64,000 bases of DNA, from assembly GCF_001194135.2 (NCBI RefSeq), contig NC_068995.1, positions 51,224,552 through 51,288,551 on the forward strand, given 5' to 3'. Under the pieces are notes generated by a model, which ran no database searches, was not told the origin of the DNA, and worked only from the letters and a program-made list of their open reading frames with translations. Origin of the DNA: Octopus bimaculoides. Taxonomy: Eukaryota. Both the position numbers and the translations under genes were made by a program. Positions 10,027 to 23,174 of the stretch are shown in pieces; within the stretch, counting starts at the first letter, position 1, and every line of letters begins with the position of its first letter.

Positions 10027-12197
10027 ACATCAAAAGCTATGTTTTCTGAAACGGGAAATGGTTAGTGGTATTCATTGAGAAAAAAGAGAGAGAGGCTCAG
10101 ATAACCAGCGTTTGGCAGCAGCAGTTTTCATTTTTGGTTTCTTTTATCTTATTCATTTACGGTATCACAAGGAAATGTGTTAATTCTGTAAATCTCCGCA
10201 AAATTGTTTCCTGCAATACAGTTCTTGGAGATATGTGGTTCGATGATCTAAGGGAGGTAACTTATGCGGACATCTGATTTTCCGCAGTCGAAAAGTCGAT
10301 TTATTAACATTATAGTTGGTGCTCCTTTTTGGGAGATAATTTTTATAGTTTATACTCCAAGTAAACAAAATGTCCAGATTTGACCAGCTATTTACTCAAG
10401 TACCCAGAACAGTGTAACTGCTGACTCAAATAGCCATTGTCGTGTGTACCTAACGCTATTTCCTTTGTATTTTTGGATCTGTTTCAATAAATAAAACGAT
10501 TATGAAGACATATTATCCAGTCAAAAGTACACAAACATTGTTAACCCCACTTAAACATTCGTTTAAGTTTCGACACACGGTCTCAGATCAAATCACTTAC
10601 CCGAAAAGTACACCTCCGAAAGTCCAATGAATCATAATTTCATTTTTATTTTACTCGCTATTAAACACAGTTTTTAGTTCTCATTATTGTTGAACATCGT
10701 GTTAGCTGCTCTGAATAAAGTATAGAAATATACATCAGAAATGTTTCCTAGTGTCTTCTCCAAGAAGAAGCATGAAGTCTAAGAATGTTTTTAGATCTGA
10801 TATTTATTTTCGGTCGATGATTAAGTTGAAAATCGAGTAGTTTTGCTATCCTAACCAGAAATCAAATCATTTGCAGCAGATCTATTAAATCAAATCCTTA
10901 CCACTTCGGCATGTTGTCTTTCTCATCATCATCGTTTTAAAGTCTAGTTCTCCACGCTTTCGTGGAAAATGGACTCTAAAACATCGATTCTATGATTCCA
11001 GGAATCAAAACTAAAAATTCTGTTGTTTGGGGACTCTTAACATCTATTGAAAAGGTTGCAAGACTCAACGAAAATTTTAGAAAAATAAAGGAAATGAGTT
11101 GAAGTTTTACCGGTGAATGTGTTAAATTATAAGGCACTAAAAGAGAATGATTCTCCCCAGACACAACAGAATATGCTTCAACACACGAACTCACATAAAG
11201 AACCTTGCAAACCAAATCCAAAAACGAAATAAAACTAAAAATGTTTGTATAGAAAAAAAACCTAGCAAATTTTATTTTTACTAATAATTTCAGCAATGGA
11301 AACAATTAATTATATAGTTCTCTGATGCATGGAAGCCACAGTAAGCTTCGGTCGGATTCCAACTCCCCAAGTGAAGAGATACACCAAACACTGTCCAATA
11401 TTCTTTCTGCTCAATGCTAATAAGATGATATTCTGCTTAGTCTAACGCTAAATTATCTCCCTTGTTTATCAAAACGCCGTCAGTATCTCAGGGGAAGTAA
11501 CTCCTGAATTAACATTTTTTTTTAGGCACGAAGTCCGCAATCAAAATTGGAGAAGGCATTGTAGGATTAGGAGAAAGAGGCGTACATTATAAGGTTGGCT
11601 TAGAACGCTGAAAGCCAAGACATCGGCCCTAAGTGCCCCATACTTTCAATTTACTTTCTTTGGGTTGAGAACTGGAAGAGTGTATATTATCTGTTTCCAC
11701 AATTAAATGGTTTGTGTCAGAAAAAGATTTCAGCTGCGACAAAAATTACTTATTACTTTGACTACCAATATTAATACAGGCTAAGAAGTTATAGATTACA
11801 AAGAATATGACTAAATAAGTTATAAATCATGTTTGGTCCTTCCTTGGAATCAGTTTACGTCTCTGATTGCCATGAGTTTTTTGATTTCTGGATGGGATTT
11901 GAACCCAAGCCTTTAATTCCTAAACTAGGGATTATGATACTTGCTTCCACTGGGGCTGTAGTTCTCAATTGAGCTTGCATCCATATAGCTTTTCTTTCTT
12001 TTCTATTATTCTTTGCCTTAGTGTTAGAAAAGTTAAAAAAGTTTAAAAACCATCTAAACTTTATGAAACACAAGCCTTTGCTACTTTTTCAACACTCATT
12101 GCTCCCATCCGACAGGAAACACTGCACTATGCCATGCAGAACATGGTGACTGGAGATTAAATACATGCATTATATTTTCAGTCTTCACTCATTTATT

Positions 12198-12340
12198 ATT
12201 TTATCTTATGTCCATTGTCTGGAAATCATTTGTCATGTCGGTGACCTCTTCAGCAACTCTTCCATCCCACATGTCTCCTGTTCCAAAGAGGTAACAGATG
12301 TGTGGCAAATGATTTCCAGACAACGGGCATAAGATAAAAT
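12198..12340. repeat. Near-complete palindrome / foldback MITE (143 bp)
   Basis: ttttatcttatgtccattgtctggaaatcatttgt versus the reverse complement of gcaaatgatttccagacaacgggcataagataaaa (3 mismatches in 35); pairing continues inward for about 25 more nt. Confidence 0.75.
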
Positions 12341-12877
12341 TAAGAACAATAATAAACAAGTGAATGAATGAATAATAAACAAGCAGAATGAATATATAGT
12401 GCGTGTGTTTATTTGTCAAGAAAAAAAACGATGATCATCCTGAAATATAACAATATAAGTTAATGGTGTTTATCGGATTACTAGAATTTCCAAATAAGAA
12501 TTCTGACGTTCGTTATATAAATATGTTGACTACCATTTAACTGGTGAGTTCTCACATGGAGAGATGAATGAGAAAATGGTCTGTGAAAGAGAGGATGAGA
12601 GGGGAATGTGTTATGGAAAGAGGATGAGATGTGTAAGAGAAAAAGGATGGGGTGGATATTTGTTAGATAGAAATTATTGCCTTTGCACAGCTTCTAACGT
12701 TGGAGATGTTCTACAGTGTCAGCTGTTCACTACCAGATCCTTTCAGGGTCAGTAAATTAAGTACCAGTTGAACACTGGGGTCAATGAAATCGACTACCCC
12801 CACTTCCCCAAATTTCAGGCCTTGTGCCTATAGTAGAAAGGATTATCATCATCATCATTATTATTATTATTATCATT

Positions 12878-12908
<31 letters not shown>

Positions 12909-13160
12909 ATTATTTGTTGTGTTTTTTTTTTTGCCAGCCATATCTATTTTAGAGAATGGAATGGAGCCTGGTGTTGCCATCCGGTTTCACCAGTCCTCAG
13001 TCAACTCGTCCAACCCATGCTAGCATGGAAAGCGGACGTTAAACGATGATGATGATGATGATGATTGAAGAAAGTGGGAGAGGAGGTGTTTATCAGAAAA
13101 AGTGGTGGGTATCAGAGAAATATAGACAGACAGAAAGAGATTCATAACCAAAAGGAAGGA

Positions 13161-13202
<42 letters not shown>

Positions 13203-13771
13203 AGGAACTATAAGAGTTCAGGTAGCAATAAACATTGTAAGACTCAAGTGAATCATGTGATTATGTAATCTAGGCCATGTGATAATAAGTGATCTTTAAC
13301 AGAGGAATCACATGTTTTTTTCAGTAAGCAGAAATCTTCTTGCATTTTTTTTTCTCTCAAGAACAGAAGGAAAGGGACTCCATCAGAGAAGTAAAATAGA
13401 AAAACAAGAATAAACAAAAACAAATTAAAAAACAAAAGCATGTTGAATATGAATTTCTTATTCAGAAACTAAATCTTAACACACTAATCTTTGATGACAA
13501 TTTTGAAGCTGTAGTGTGGTTTTTACAATCAAGACACGAAGATTACGGACAATATTGTGATTAGACTTAATAAGAAAAAGAAATAGAAATAGCTTGCCCA
13601 GGCGATTGAGAAGCTCACTTTGTAAATGTATTGTTTTGGGTTCAATCCTATTGTGTGGCATCTTGGGCAAGAAGTGTCTTCTACTAATGCCTCAGGCTGA
13701 GAAATGGCTTGTGAGTGAATTTGAAAGACAGAAATTGGGTGGAAACCTGCCATACACACACACACACACAC

Positions 13772-13844
<73 letters not shown>

Positions 13845-13870
13845 AATAAATAAATAAATAAAAGCAATGG

Positions 13871-14677
13871 NNNNNNNNNNNNNNNNNNNNNNNNNNNNNN
13901 NNNNNNNNNNNNNNNNNNNNNNNNNNNNNNNNNNNNNNNNNNNNNNNNNNNNNNNNNNNNNNNNNNNNNNNNNNNNNNNNNNNNNNNNNNNNNNNNNNNN
14001 NNNNNNNNNNNNNNNNNNNNNNNNNNNNNNNNNNNNNNNNNNNNNNNNNNNNNNNNNNNNNNNNNNNNNNNNNNNNNNNNNNNNNNNNNNNNNNNNNNNN
14101 NNNNNNNNNNNNNNNNNNNNNNNNNNNNNNNNNNNNNNNNNNNNNNNNNNNNNNNNNNNNNNNNNNNNNNNNNNNNNNNNNNNNNNNNNNNNNNNNNNNN
14201 NNNNNNNNNNNNNNNNNNNNNNNNNNNNNNNNNNNNNNNNNNNNNNNNNNNNNNNNNNNNNNNNNNNNNNNNNNNNNNNNNNNNNNNNNNNNNNNNNNNN
14301 NNNNNNNNNNNNNNNNNNNNNNNNNNNNNNNNNNNNNNNNNNNNNNNNNNNNNNNNNNNNNNNNNNNNNNNNNNNNNNNNNNNNNNNNNNNNNNNNNNNN
14401 NNNNNNNNNNNNNNNNNNNNNNNNNNNNNNNNNNNNNNNNNNNNNNNNNNNNNNNNNNNNNNNNNNNNNNNNNNNNNNNNNNNNNNNNNNNNNNNNNNNN
14501 NNNNNNNNNNNNNNNNNNNNNNNNNNNNNNNNNNNNNNNNNNNNNNNNNNNNNNNNNNNNNNNNNNNNNNNNNNNNNNNNNNNNNNNNNNNNNNNNNNNN
14601 NNNNNNNNNNNNNNNNNNNNNNNNNNNNNNNNNNNNNNNNNNNNNNNNNNNNNNNNNNNNNNNNNNNNNNNNNNNNN
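13871..14677. other. Assembly gap (others: 16311-16482, 35067-35308, 38627-39066, 40642-41013, 45126-45412, 50872-50990, 57676-57685)
   Basis: N runs, mostly flanked by microsatellites. Confidence 1.
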
Positions 14678-15546
14678 TTCAACTGTGATCATCCCATAAT
14701 TTTTTGCAACATATAATATATCCAAGTCTAGGTTATCCAACACAACCATATCTTTTTAAGCTAAAAGGGTACAAAAAAATAAAACAAAGACAAACAAAAG
14801 AAAAAAAAAAACCCATTTGACTGCTATTTCTAGCAGACCGGACGACCTTATAGAAAAACCACCTGAACCTGCAAGAGATAGGTTATGGTGACAGGCAGCA
14901 GAATTGAACCTTCTCTAGAAAATTACTATTTTTAAATCTCACTACGAGAGATATTAAGCAACAGTACTTTGGAGTAAAGATTTTTGCCAACATAACATGG
15001 CAGTCCTGGTTTAGGACGAATGTTGCTGTAACTTAGCAAAAATCTTTACTCTGAGCCCTCTCTGTTCTTCTCACTACATGTACAACTCACGCCCCTCCAA
15101 AGCACTCAGGCCCCTCCACCACCACCACCACCACCGCCACTACTACTACTACTACTACTACTACATGCTACAGCAACAGTGTTCTAAAGTACCTATCTCT
15201 CCAACTCAGTCGAGGCAAATACTCCCTCTCCCCCCACAAAACCGTTACTCAAAAATAGCAGCAGTAGCGTTATATTAACCTCATTAGCTTCATTACCCTC
15301 ATTAGCTTCATTACCCTCATTAAACCCACTAAATGTTATGCTGGGATACATACCGTCAATAATAAGAGTAGCACAACAGCAACTGTAATACTCCAAACAT
15401 GTTCCCCTTGTCTACCTCTGCAATGGACATCGCCAGCCAGAATGAATAGGCTCTCTATCCAGTTGCTCAAACTGCAAGAAATAGCAGCCAAATTTCTTTC
15501 AACTCTACTGCTTTCACCCTTTAGTATTCAGATTATTGTCAAATGT

Positions 15547-15930
15547 AGGCGCAGGAATGGCTGTGTGGTAAGTATCATGCTTACCAACCACATGGTTCTG
15601 TGTTCAGTCCCACTGCGTGGCACCTTGGGTAAGTGTCTTTTACTATAGCTTCAGGGCCGACCAAAGCCTTGTGAGTGGATTTGGTAGAAGGAAACTGAAA
15701 GAAGCCTGTCATATATATATATAAATATATATATGTATGTGTGTGTCTGTGTTTGTCCCCCCAACATCACTTACAACCGATGCTGGTGCATTTACATCCC
15801 CATAACTTAGTGTTCGGTAAAAGAGACTGACACAATAAGTCTTACAAAGAATAAGTCTTCTTTAACTAAAACTCTTCAAGGTGACGCTCCACCATGGCCA
15901 CAGTCAAATGACTGATGCAGGTAAAAGAAT
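15547..15930 (+). mobile_element. tRNA-headed SINE, family A, full length
   Basis: ggcgcaggaatggctgtgtggtaag...gttcagtcccact head, internal TA/TG tract and family tail. Confidence 0.85.
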
Positions 15931-15946
15931 ATATATGTATATATAT

Positions 15947-15986
<40 letters not shown>

Positions 15987-16482
15987 CATGCACACGTACA
16001 TACACACATATATCAAATTAAGAGAAGAAAATAGAGAATTAATGGTTAATATCTATTTATTAATAAATTGATAATCATTTCTTCCTACAGCTGTTTCCAT
16101 TTATACTCATTGAATAAATTACAAATGTATGCATTAAATTTGCTAAATATTATTCCATTTTCCATGTTTGCAATGCAATAAAGTATTAAATCATAATTCC
16201 TCTGGTATTTTCCAAAGTAAATTTATAAGCTTTAAGTTGGGAAAATTCCACATTGGGACTGGCTCTTTTTTTTTTTTCTTAAGTAATGTAATTGTAGTAC
16301 CATTATCATANNNNNNNNNNNNNNNNNNNNNNNNNNNNNNNNNNNNNNNNNNNNNNNNNNNNNNNNNNNNNNNNNNNNNNNNNNNNNNNNNNNNNNNNNN
16401 NNNNNNNNNNNNNNNNNNNNNNNNNNNNNNNNNNNNNNNNNNNNNNNNNNNNNNNNNNNNNNNNNNNNNNNNNNNNNNNNNN

Positions 16483-16770
16483 ATTAGCCAGAGATGATTT
16501 TTAAAATGAGAATATCTGAAATAAACTCGACTGCTCTCAGAAATGAGAAAACTAAAAATGAACCTGACCGCTCTCAAAAATTAAGTAAAAAAACAGGAAA
16601 AATAATCCAGAATCTTTGTCTGGTACCAGATCAATCCCAAAATCTAATCAGTTTGTGCCAGTTATGAGGCCAAACATCCCTGAAAGTTTCAGCAGAATCC
16701 ATCCAGTGGTTCTTGAGATATCTTGTCCACAGACAAACAAACAAATGCGACTGAAAACAATACCTCCACC
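16483..16770 (+). mobile_element. Non-autonomous Helitron/Helentron-like 3' region (tentative)
   Basis: aagtttcagcagaatccatccagtggttcttgagatatcttgtccacagacaaacaaacaaatgcgactgaaaacaatacctcc resembles HINE/DINE-type elements, by recall only. Confidence 0.3.
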
Positions 16771-17398
16771 TTAAGTATTGAGTAACTGAGAATTTCACTT
16801 CACAATCCCACAGTTGTAGGTTTCAGGTCATTGCATGGTCATGTTGGGACAGTCACCAACCAGGCCTTGAGCTGACCACAGTTGACAGAAACTGTAAGGA
16901 AGCATTCATACTGCTACTGCTACTACTAATGCTATTACTACTACCGCTGCTGCTGGTGCTGCCATGAACACCTCATCTTGCATAGATTATAGTGTAATTA
17001 CGAATATGTTATTCAATGTGTTCTTCATTTTCTTTTTTTTTTAAATGCAGGGTGGAATTTGAAAGTGATATGGCTACTATTTGTAGCAGATCAAGCAACC
17101 ATGATGAGACCTTCCTTAAAAAAAAAATGTAATCATGTGTAGAGGAAGAAAGATAGAAATATAAATACAGAGTGGTTTAGTCTTTACAAATGGAGGCTGT
17201 TCCAGTAATTATGAACTACTAATTACAAATAGCTAATTAATTGGGTTGCCCAAGTTGTTTATTGGAAGAATAATGTGTCGACATTAGACTCTCGTGTACC
17301 TTTATATTGTGTTTTTAATTCACAAGGATTCATGGGGCTGGTGCTTGTTGAATTTGGATTCCCTAAGTATCAAATAGACATGACCATGTGGGAGTGAG

Positions 17399-17462
<64 letters not shown>

Positions 17463-17464
<2 letters not shown>

Positions 17465-17623
17465 TGAGTGGGTGCTGAAGAGCTCCTGGCTTTGGGTAAA
17501 AGAAAATACAGGGGGATCTGTCAATTATGATTTTATTCAATATATTCCCCTCCCAGATTCACACACTTACTGCAGTGGTCCTTCAGCTTTTCTAAGCCCT
17601 GTAAAAGAACTTGGAAGGTTGGG
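17463..17623 (-). mobile_element. mariner transposase C-terminus plus terminal repeat
   Basis: The minus strand translates as PTFQVLLQGLEKLKDHCSKCVNLGGEYIE*, the typical mariner C-terminal KCV.L.GEY.E motif, followed by the TIR-like gtgctgaagagctcctggcttt. Confidence 0.7.
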
Positions 17624-17714
17624 ATTTTGATTTCCCTTGCCTCAACAGGTCTTTGCAAGCAAAGCTTATTGTTCAATGAATGAAGCGTACTCATAAGTGG
17701 GTTGGTTATAGGCC

Positions 17715-17945
17715 ACGGCTTATGATCTCACTTGGCTTGTCGGGTCTTCTCAAGCATAGCATATCTCCAAAGGTCACTAGTCATTGCCTTGGTGAGGCCC
17801 AATGTTCAAAGGTCAAGCTTTCCCACCTCATCCCAGGTCTTCCTGGGTTTACCTCTTCTACAGGTTCCCTCAACTGCTAGGGTGTGACACTTTTTCACAC
17901 AGCTGTCCTCATCCATTCGCAACACATGACCATACCAGCGCCGTC
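17715..17945 (-). mobile_element. RTE-clade LINE ORF C-terminal fragment
   Basis: RRWYGHVLRMDEDSCVKKCHTLAVEGTCRRGKPRKTWDEV; the WYGHV.RM and GRPRKTW motifs mark RTE LINEs. Confidence 0.85.
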
Positions 17946-18214
17946 ATCAGTTATATGAGAAGTGTGCTGACCCCTGATCTAACCCTTTCTTATTCCTGTA
18001 TGCAGCCGGTTTTCAATGCAGCTTGTTTAATGCAAAAACTGATGTTGCATCAAAGTAATTCTGTTTAATCTTTGTCCTGAAATAACAGAGAGATATTTAT
18101 TTAATCGGTCTGTAATGGTTCTAATGGTCCACTGTCTTCACTAATCTGTTTGTTTAGCTGAGACTACCACTGTTATCACTTATTAAATAATTCATGTCTG
18201 TGTTTGAACTATAT

Positions 18215-18261
<47 letters not shown>

Positions 18262-18624
18262 CATTCATAAATATATATTCAGACATATACATACATATAC
18301 ATATACACGTATACAAATATACATATATACATGGATGTGTGAATGTAAATGTATATATGTGTGTGTGTGTATATGTGTGTGTATGGGTATGTATAAATGC
18401 ATATACATATATATGTATATATCTGTATATGTATATATATGTGTGTGTGTATGTGTCAGTATATATATGTGTGTGTGCGTGTGTATGTATATGCATGTGT
18501 GAGTGTGTATGTGGATGTATGGATGTGTGTGTGTGTGTGTGAATGCATATAACCTACAGTTAATCATTCAGCACTTCATCCATTGTTATTTCTTTTCTAC
18601 TTTATATGCACACACGCACACACA

Positions 18625-18682
<58 letters not shown>

Positions 18683-18772
18683 GAAGGATGGTTTAGACCA
18701 TACTGACCAATACAAGCCATGATGGCCGAAAAAGGAGACACAAAATACAGATGATGATGATGATAATGTTGT

Positions 18773-18840
<68 letters not shown>

Positions 18841-20178
18841 GCATACAATGTTACTTCTACGAATGTTTTAGCCTGGTACTGAAATGGAGAAAAAAGAGGT
18901 ATTCCATACTTTGGAATGTGAATGTGTGCATAGATTCCTTTGTAGACGAGTTATGTATTCAAGAAATTTGTATTACTTGAACTATTTTGTATATATCGAT
19001 TAAAAGGGGAAAGAAAAACTATCTAAACATTCCCCCACCCCTATCAACCTTACTCCTGCCCTCTCCATCAGCAACTGCTTTAGTTGCAAAAAAAAAAAGA
19101 GAGAGAGAGAGAGTGAGCGAGAGAGAGAGAATACCTAGAAATATTTCAATAAACTTCATAAAAATCTATATTTATCTAAGACCATTCAATAGTCACTGAC
19201 GGATGTTGTCAAAACTATCTCTTTAAGTAATTCATCTCTTAAAAGCTATAAAAAGCAGCATTCTTCGCTTTCATCTTGAACCTGTTCTTCAACCGATCAA
19301 AACTATTTTTAGTAACAGACACAAAAAAATAAATAAAAGAAAGATAAAAAAAAAGTGCAGCTAATGGAGTTTGTACATTAAGAAGTAATCGAAAGTATAA
19401 ATTCTTCTAGGTAGGGTTGAATAGGAAGCAAATTCTTTAGAAATGTGTTTATATATATATATATGTATATATATATACCAAAAAGTCATTTTTAATACTA
19501 ACTTTCACAGACAAATAAGCCAAACAAATTGCACTGATAGAATGTCTTTAATCTTCTACAATTCTTAATTCAAACAAAATGAATAATCTGCATTGCACAT
19601 TCATACATGTCAATGTTGACAGATGGAATTTTGCTGCATGACCATTGAATTGTGCAAATGTTTGCATATTCTTAGCACCTTGTAGACATTACTACTTAAC
19701 ATTGCTAAAAGCATTTCATTAGTATAATGCTAACGTGTAAGAATCAATATCTATGTCCACTTAGTGTATTCCAGAAAGTTCATTTGGGAAATACAGCATG
19801 CATCGTTATCATCATTATTATTATTATTGCTATTATTATTATTATTATTATTATTACAATTGTAAAATGTAGTCTTTTGTTCTGTAAGGACAATAGAAGG
19901 AACCTTTGTCATTCTTATTGTCTTTCTGTCCCTGTTTGTTGTGTTAATTCAATGGAACCATTAAGAAATAATATAATCTTAAGAGAGTAATTGTCTTAAT
20001 TCTTGAAAATCTAAATGTAGCCTTTATCTGTCTGTCCATTATGTGTGTGTATGTGTGTATGTATGTATGTATGTATACACAAACATGCATACATATATAT
20101 ATAAATATATACACACACATGCACATACTATCATACACACACATATATACATATATATACATGTATACATATTTATAT

Positions 20179-20225
<47 letters not shown>

Positions 20226-20497
20226 TACACATACATATACATATACATATATATACACCACTCTGCTGGGTGGTCGGTGTTAGGAAGGGCATCCAGCCGT
20301 AAAAACCATGCCAAAACAGACAGAGAAGTCTGGTGCAGGCTCCCGCCTGGCCATCTCCTGTCAAAACGTCCAACCCATGCCAGCATGGAAGGCTGATGTT
20401 AAATGATGAAGATGATGATACAATTCTATATTTCTGAGATGTGGAATTTTGTACACTGTTTCTATTAGTCGGAATGGTGTCCTCATCTTGATTGTTA

Positions 20498-20545
20498 CTT
20501 TCACTACATTTTGGCTGTTGCACGCTCCAGCCTTCTTCAGGTGTC
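20498..20545 (-). ncRNA. Decayed Penelope-type minimal hammerhead ribozyme motif
   Basis: Minus strand CAC-CTGAAGA-a-GGCTG(10 nt)CAGCC-aAAA-tG-TA-GTG: core, 5-bp stem II and 3-bp stem I are present; both departures from GAAA-CG are CpG-type transitions. Confidence 0.55.
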
Positions 20546-21823
20546 TTGTGATTCACATAAGTACCTTGGTGCGATTGAACTCAGAACCCCTAGGTCAATG
20601 CACTGCGTTAACTGATGCTTTAATCCACTTACAGTGGATAAAGTGAATGAGTGAAGAACTTTAAGTTTTCCAGGCTCATAGAATGAATCTAGGTCATCAG
20701 GCATTTGGAGATCAAGTAACAGGAAATGAGTGAAATTCAAGATGGCTTTTAGATGTTAAGCTGCGATTGGTCAACTCAGGTCATGTGGTGTTATTGGCTT
20801 GGAAGTGGCATCAGTTCTTATCTGAGAACAACAAACATATATAATGGGCTTTTTTCAGTTTTTTTTTACCTACCAAATTCACTCCCAAGGTGGGACTGAA
20901 CCTGAACCCACATGCTTTCAAAGTGAGTTTCTTAACCACATAGCCATTCCTAATAATATTGTTATTCATTGACCCATGAATCACCGGGACTCAACGTGTT
21001 GCAGTACAACTTGCACCTGCCTTAAGAAGACACTGGTTCTAGTAGTTATAGCAGTGTTGTTGTAGTAGTAGTAGTAGTAGTTGCAACTGTATATCCATAT
21101 GAGCATGTGGGATGAGAACCTGTAACCATGTGGTTGCTAAGCAAGCTACTTACCACACAACCACTGCTGTGCCTGATGATGATGAATATTTTCTCAATGT
21201 GTTCTTTTTTGAGAAGACTGATGCCACTTGAAGGAATTCAGCTGCTATTTCTTGTAGGCTGAGCAACTGTTTAGAGATTCTCTTGTTGGGGTTGGCTTCT
21301 GCAGAGATATACATACTTAGCAGTACCATCTCTGGCAGTTAGTCAATGTACTGGTTATTTCATGCCTGGCTTAACTCCCAGTACCAGATCTGGTGAGAGA
21401 GGCAGTGCGGAGGAGAGAGAGAGAGAGAGTGAGTGAGTGAGTGAGAGAGAGTGAGAGAGAAAGACTTGGTTGCGAAGAACTGAATAAACTATAAATTAAC
21501 CTGTAGTTTAGTAGTTTACAGTGCCAGAGACCAAATTCTTTTATTTCAGAATGTATGTAAGCAAGTATTATATACATATGCACTGCTGTGTTATGATGGC
21601 ACATGTGTATGCATATTTGTGTGGGCATGCGTGTGTATGTGTGTATGTGTATATATATATATATATATGTGTGGTATGTGTGCTGATAAATCTCCTGTGG
21701 TGTATAATAAAGTAATCTGTTGCTCAAAGTAATTTATATAAGGAAAACTACATAGGAACTTCCATAATACATCATATGTTAGAGAGAGAAAAGAGAGAAA
21801 GAGAGTGTGGAAGTAGATGTAGT

Positions 21824-21894
<71 letters not shown>

Positions 21895-23174
21895 GAGTTG
21901 TAGTAATAGTAGGCAGTAATATCAGGGGGTGATTTAAAAGCCCCCAAAGGGCTGTGGGTGTTTAGCATTACATGAATTATGCTTAGGTTCTTCTCTTACA
22001 AACTGGCAAAAAAAAAAAAAAATTGTTGAAAATAGAACACTGGAATTTCTGATAATGAGTGGGTTTTTTTTTACTTCTTGTTTTGTGCTTTTTTGTTTTT
22101 ATTTTTGTTAGTTCCTTATAAAAGTATCAGAAAGAAAGAAAGAAAGAAATGAAAAGGAAAGAAAATAAATAAAAACAATGAAAGCAAGAAGGAAGAAGGA
22201 TAGACTGAAAAGAGAACTAAAGGAAAAGTAAAGGGGACAAGTTGAGGAGAAAGGAAGGAGACCCTTGCAAAGATAAAATAAAGTACTTTACAGTTGTACT
22301 TAAAGTACCGCAATCCTGCCATCACTTAAGAATGAGTACAGCTTGGTAATAAATACAACACTGTTACTTATTGCCTGAGGTACCTAAGTAGTAGTAAGTT
22401 TGATTAGTCTATTAGTACTCTCACCCATGACGCTATGAAACATGTAGGACAGTCATGGACAACCAGCAGCCCATGGGATGTTCTGCATGCCGAAATGGAA
22501 AAATTACTTCATTTTTGTTTAGTAGTGTGGCCTACCTGAGTATGAGCCGTATCTTATGTGGCCTACTTCTTGAGAAAGGTTGTGCATGCCTGATCTAGGA
22601 TGTGAAAGGTGAAGAGAGAAAAGGGCAGATCTGGACTCACTCACCAACCCTACAATATTGTTCTAAAGAATTAACAGTTACCTCATCAAAGCTACAAAAC
22701 AGTATATGATCAATTCAAAACAATGGAGAAATAAGCATTGGTTTTGACAGAGTAATGTGAATGCTAAGAGATTAAACATCTTCCAAAGAAAATGCTAAGC
22801 TTTTAGCATTGACATTGTACCATAATTGAGCCATTCCAAGGTGACACAAAAGCTTTCATAAATCTATGATACCAGGTGGAGTTGTCATAGAGCAGGTATG
22901 GGGAACATTTATTGAGAAGCTGGCCATATGAGACATGGGTCATCATCAGGTAGGTTGCTAAAAAGACTGAAGGTAATTTTTTATTGGTGTGTCATTCAGA
23001 AAGTCCTGTCTGGTGCAGTTTGATTGTTATGGAGGAACATCTGGCAAGGATGTTAGTAGCAGTGGTATCTTTACCAGGTATGTGTCTGATGTTAAAATTA
23101 TAGTGTGATTATGCTATGCACCAACAAAGAGTCTTGTCTTACATCTCTCTAATATATTATAATTGCCATATTCT

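Noticed and set aside
11870-11985. Minus-strand tRNA-like A/B boxes (gctcaattg...gggttcaaatccc)
   Set aside because: No cloverleaf could be built; at most a decayed SINE head.
13834-14749. Long ORFs of 130-300 aa made mostly of X
   Set aside because: They span assembly N-gaps.
18194-18844. Many ORF-track entries rich in YI, HT, CV, LS, RE, poly-H, poly-D or poly-S (also 20041-20396, 25359-25877, 26515-27145, 51376-52013)
   Set aside because: They are translations of di- and trinucleotide microsatellites with no splice or compositional support.
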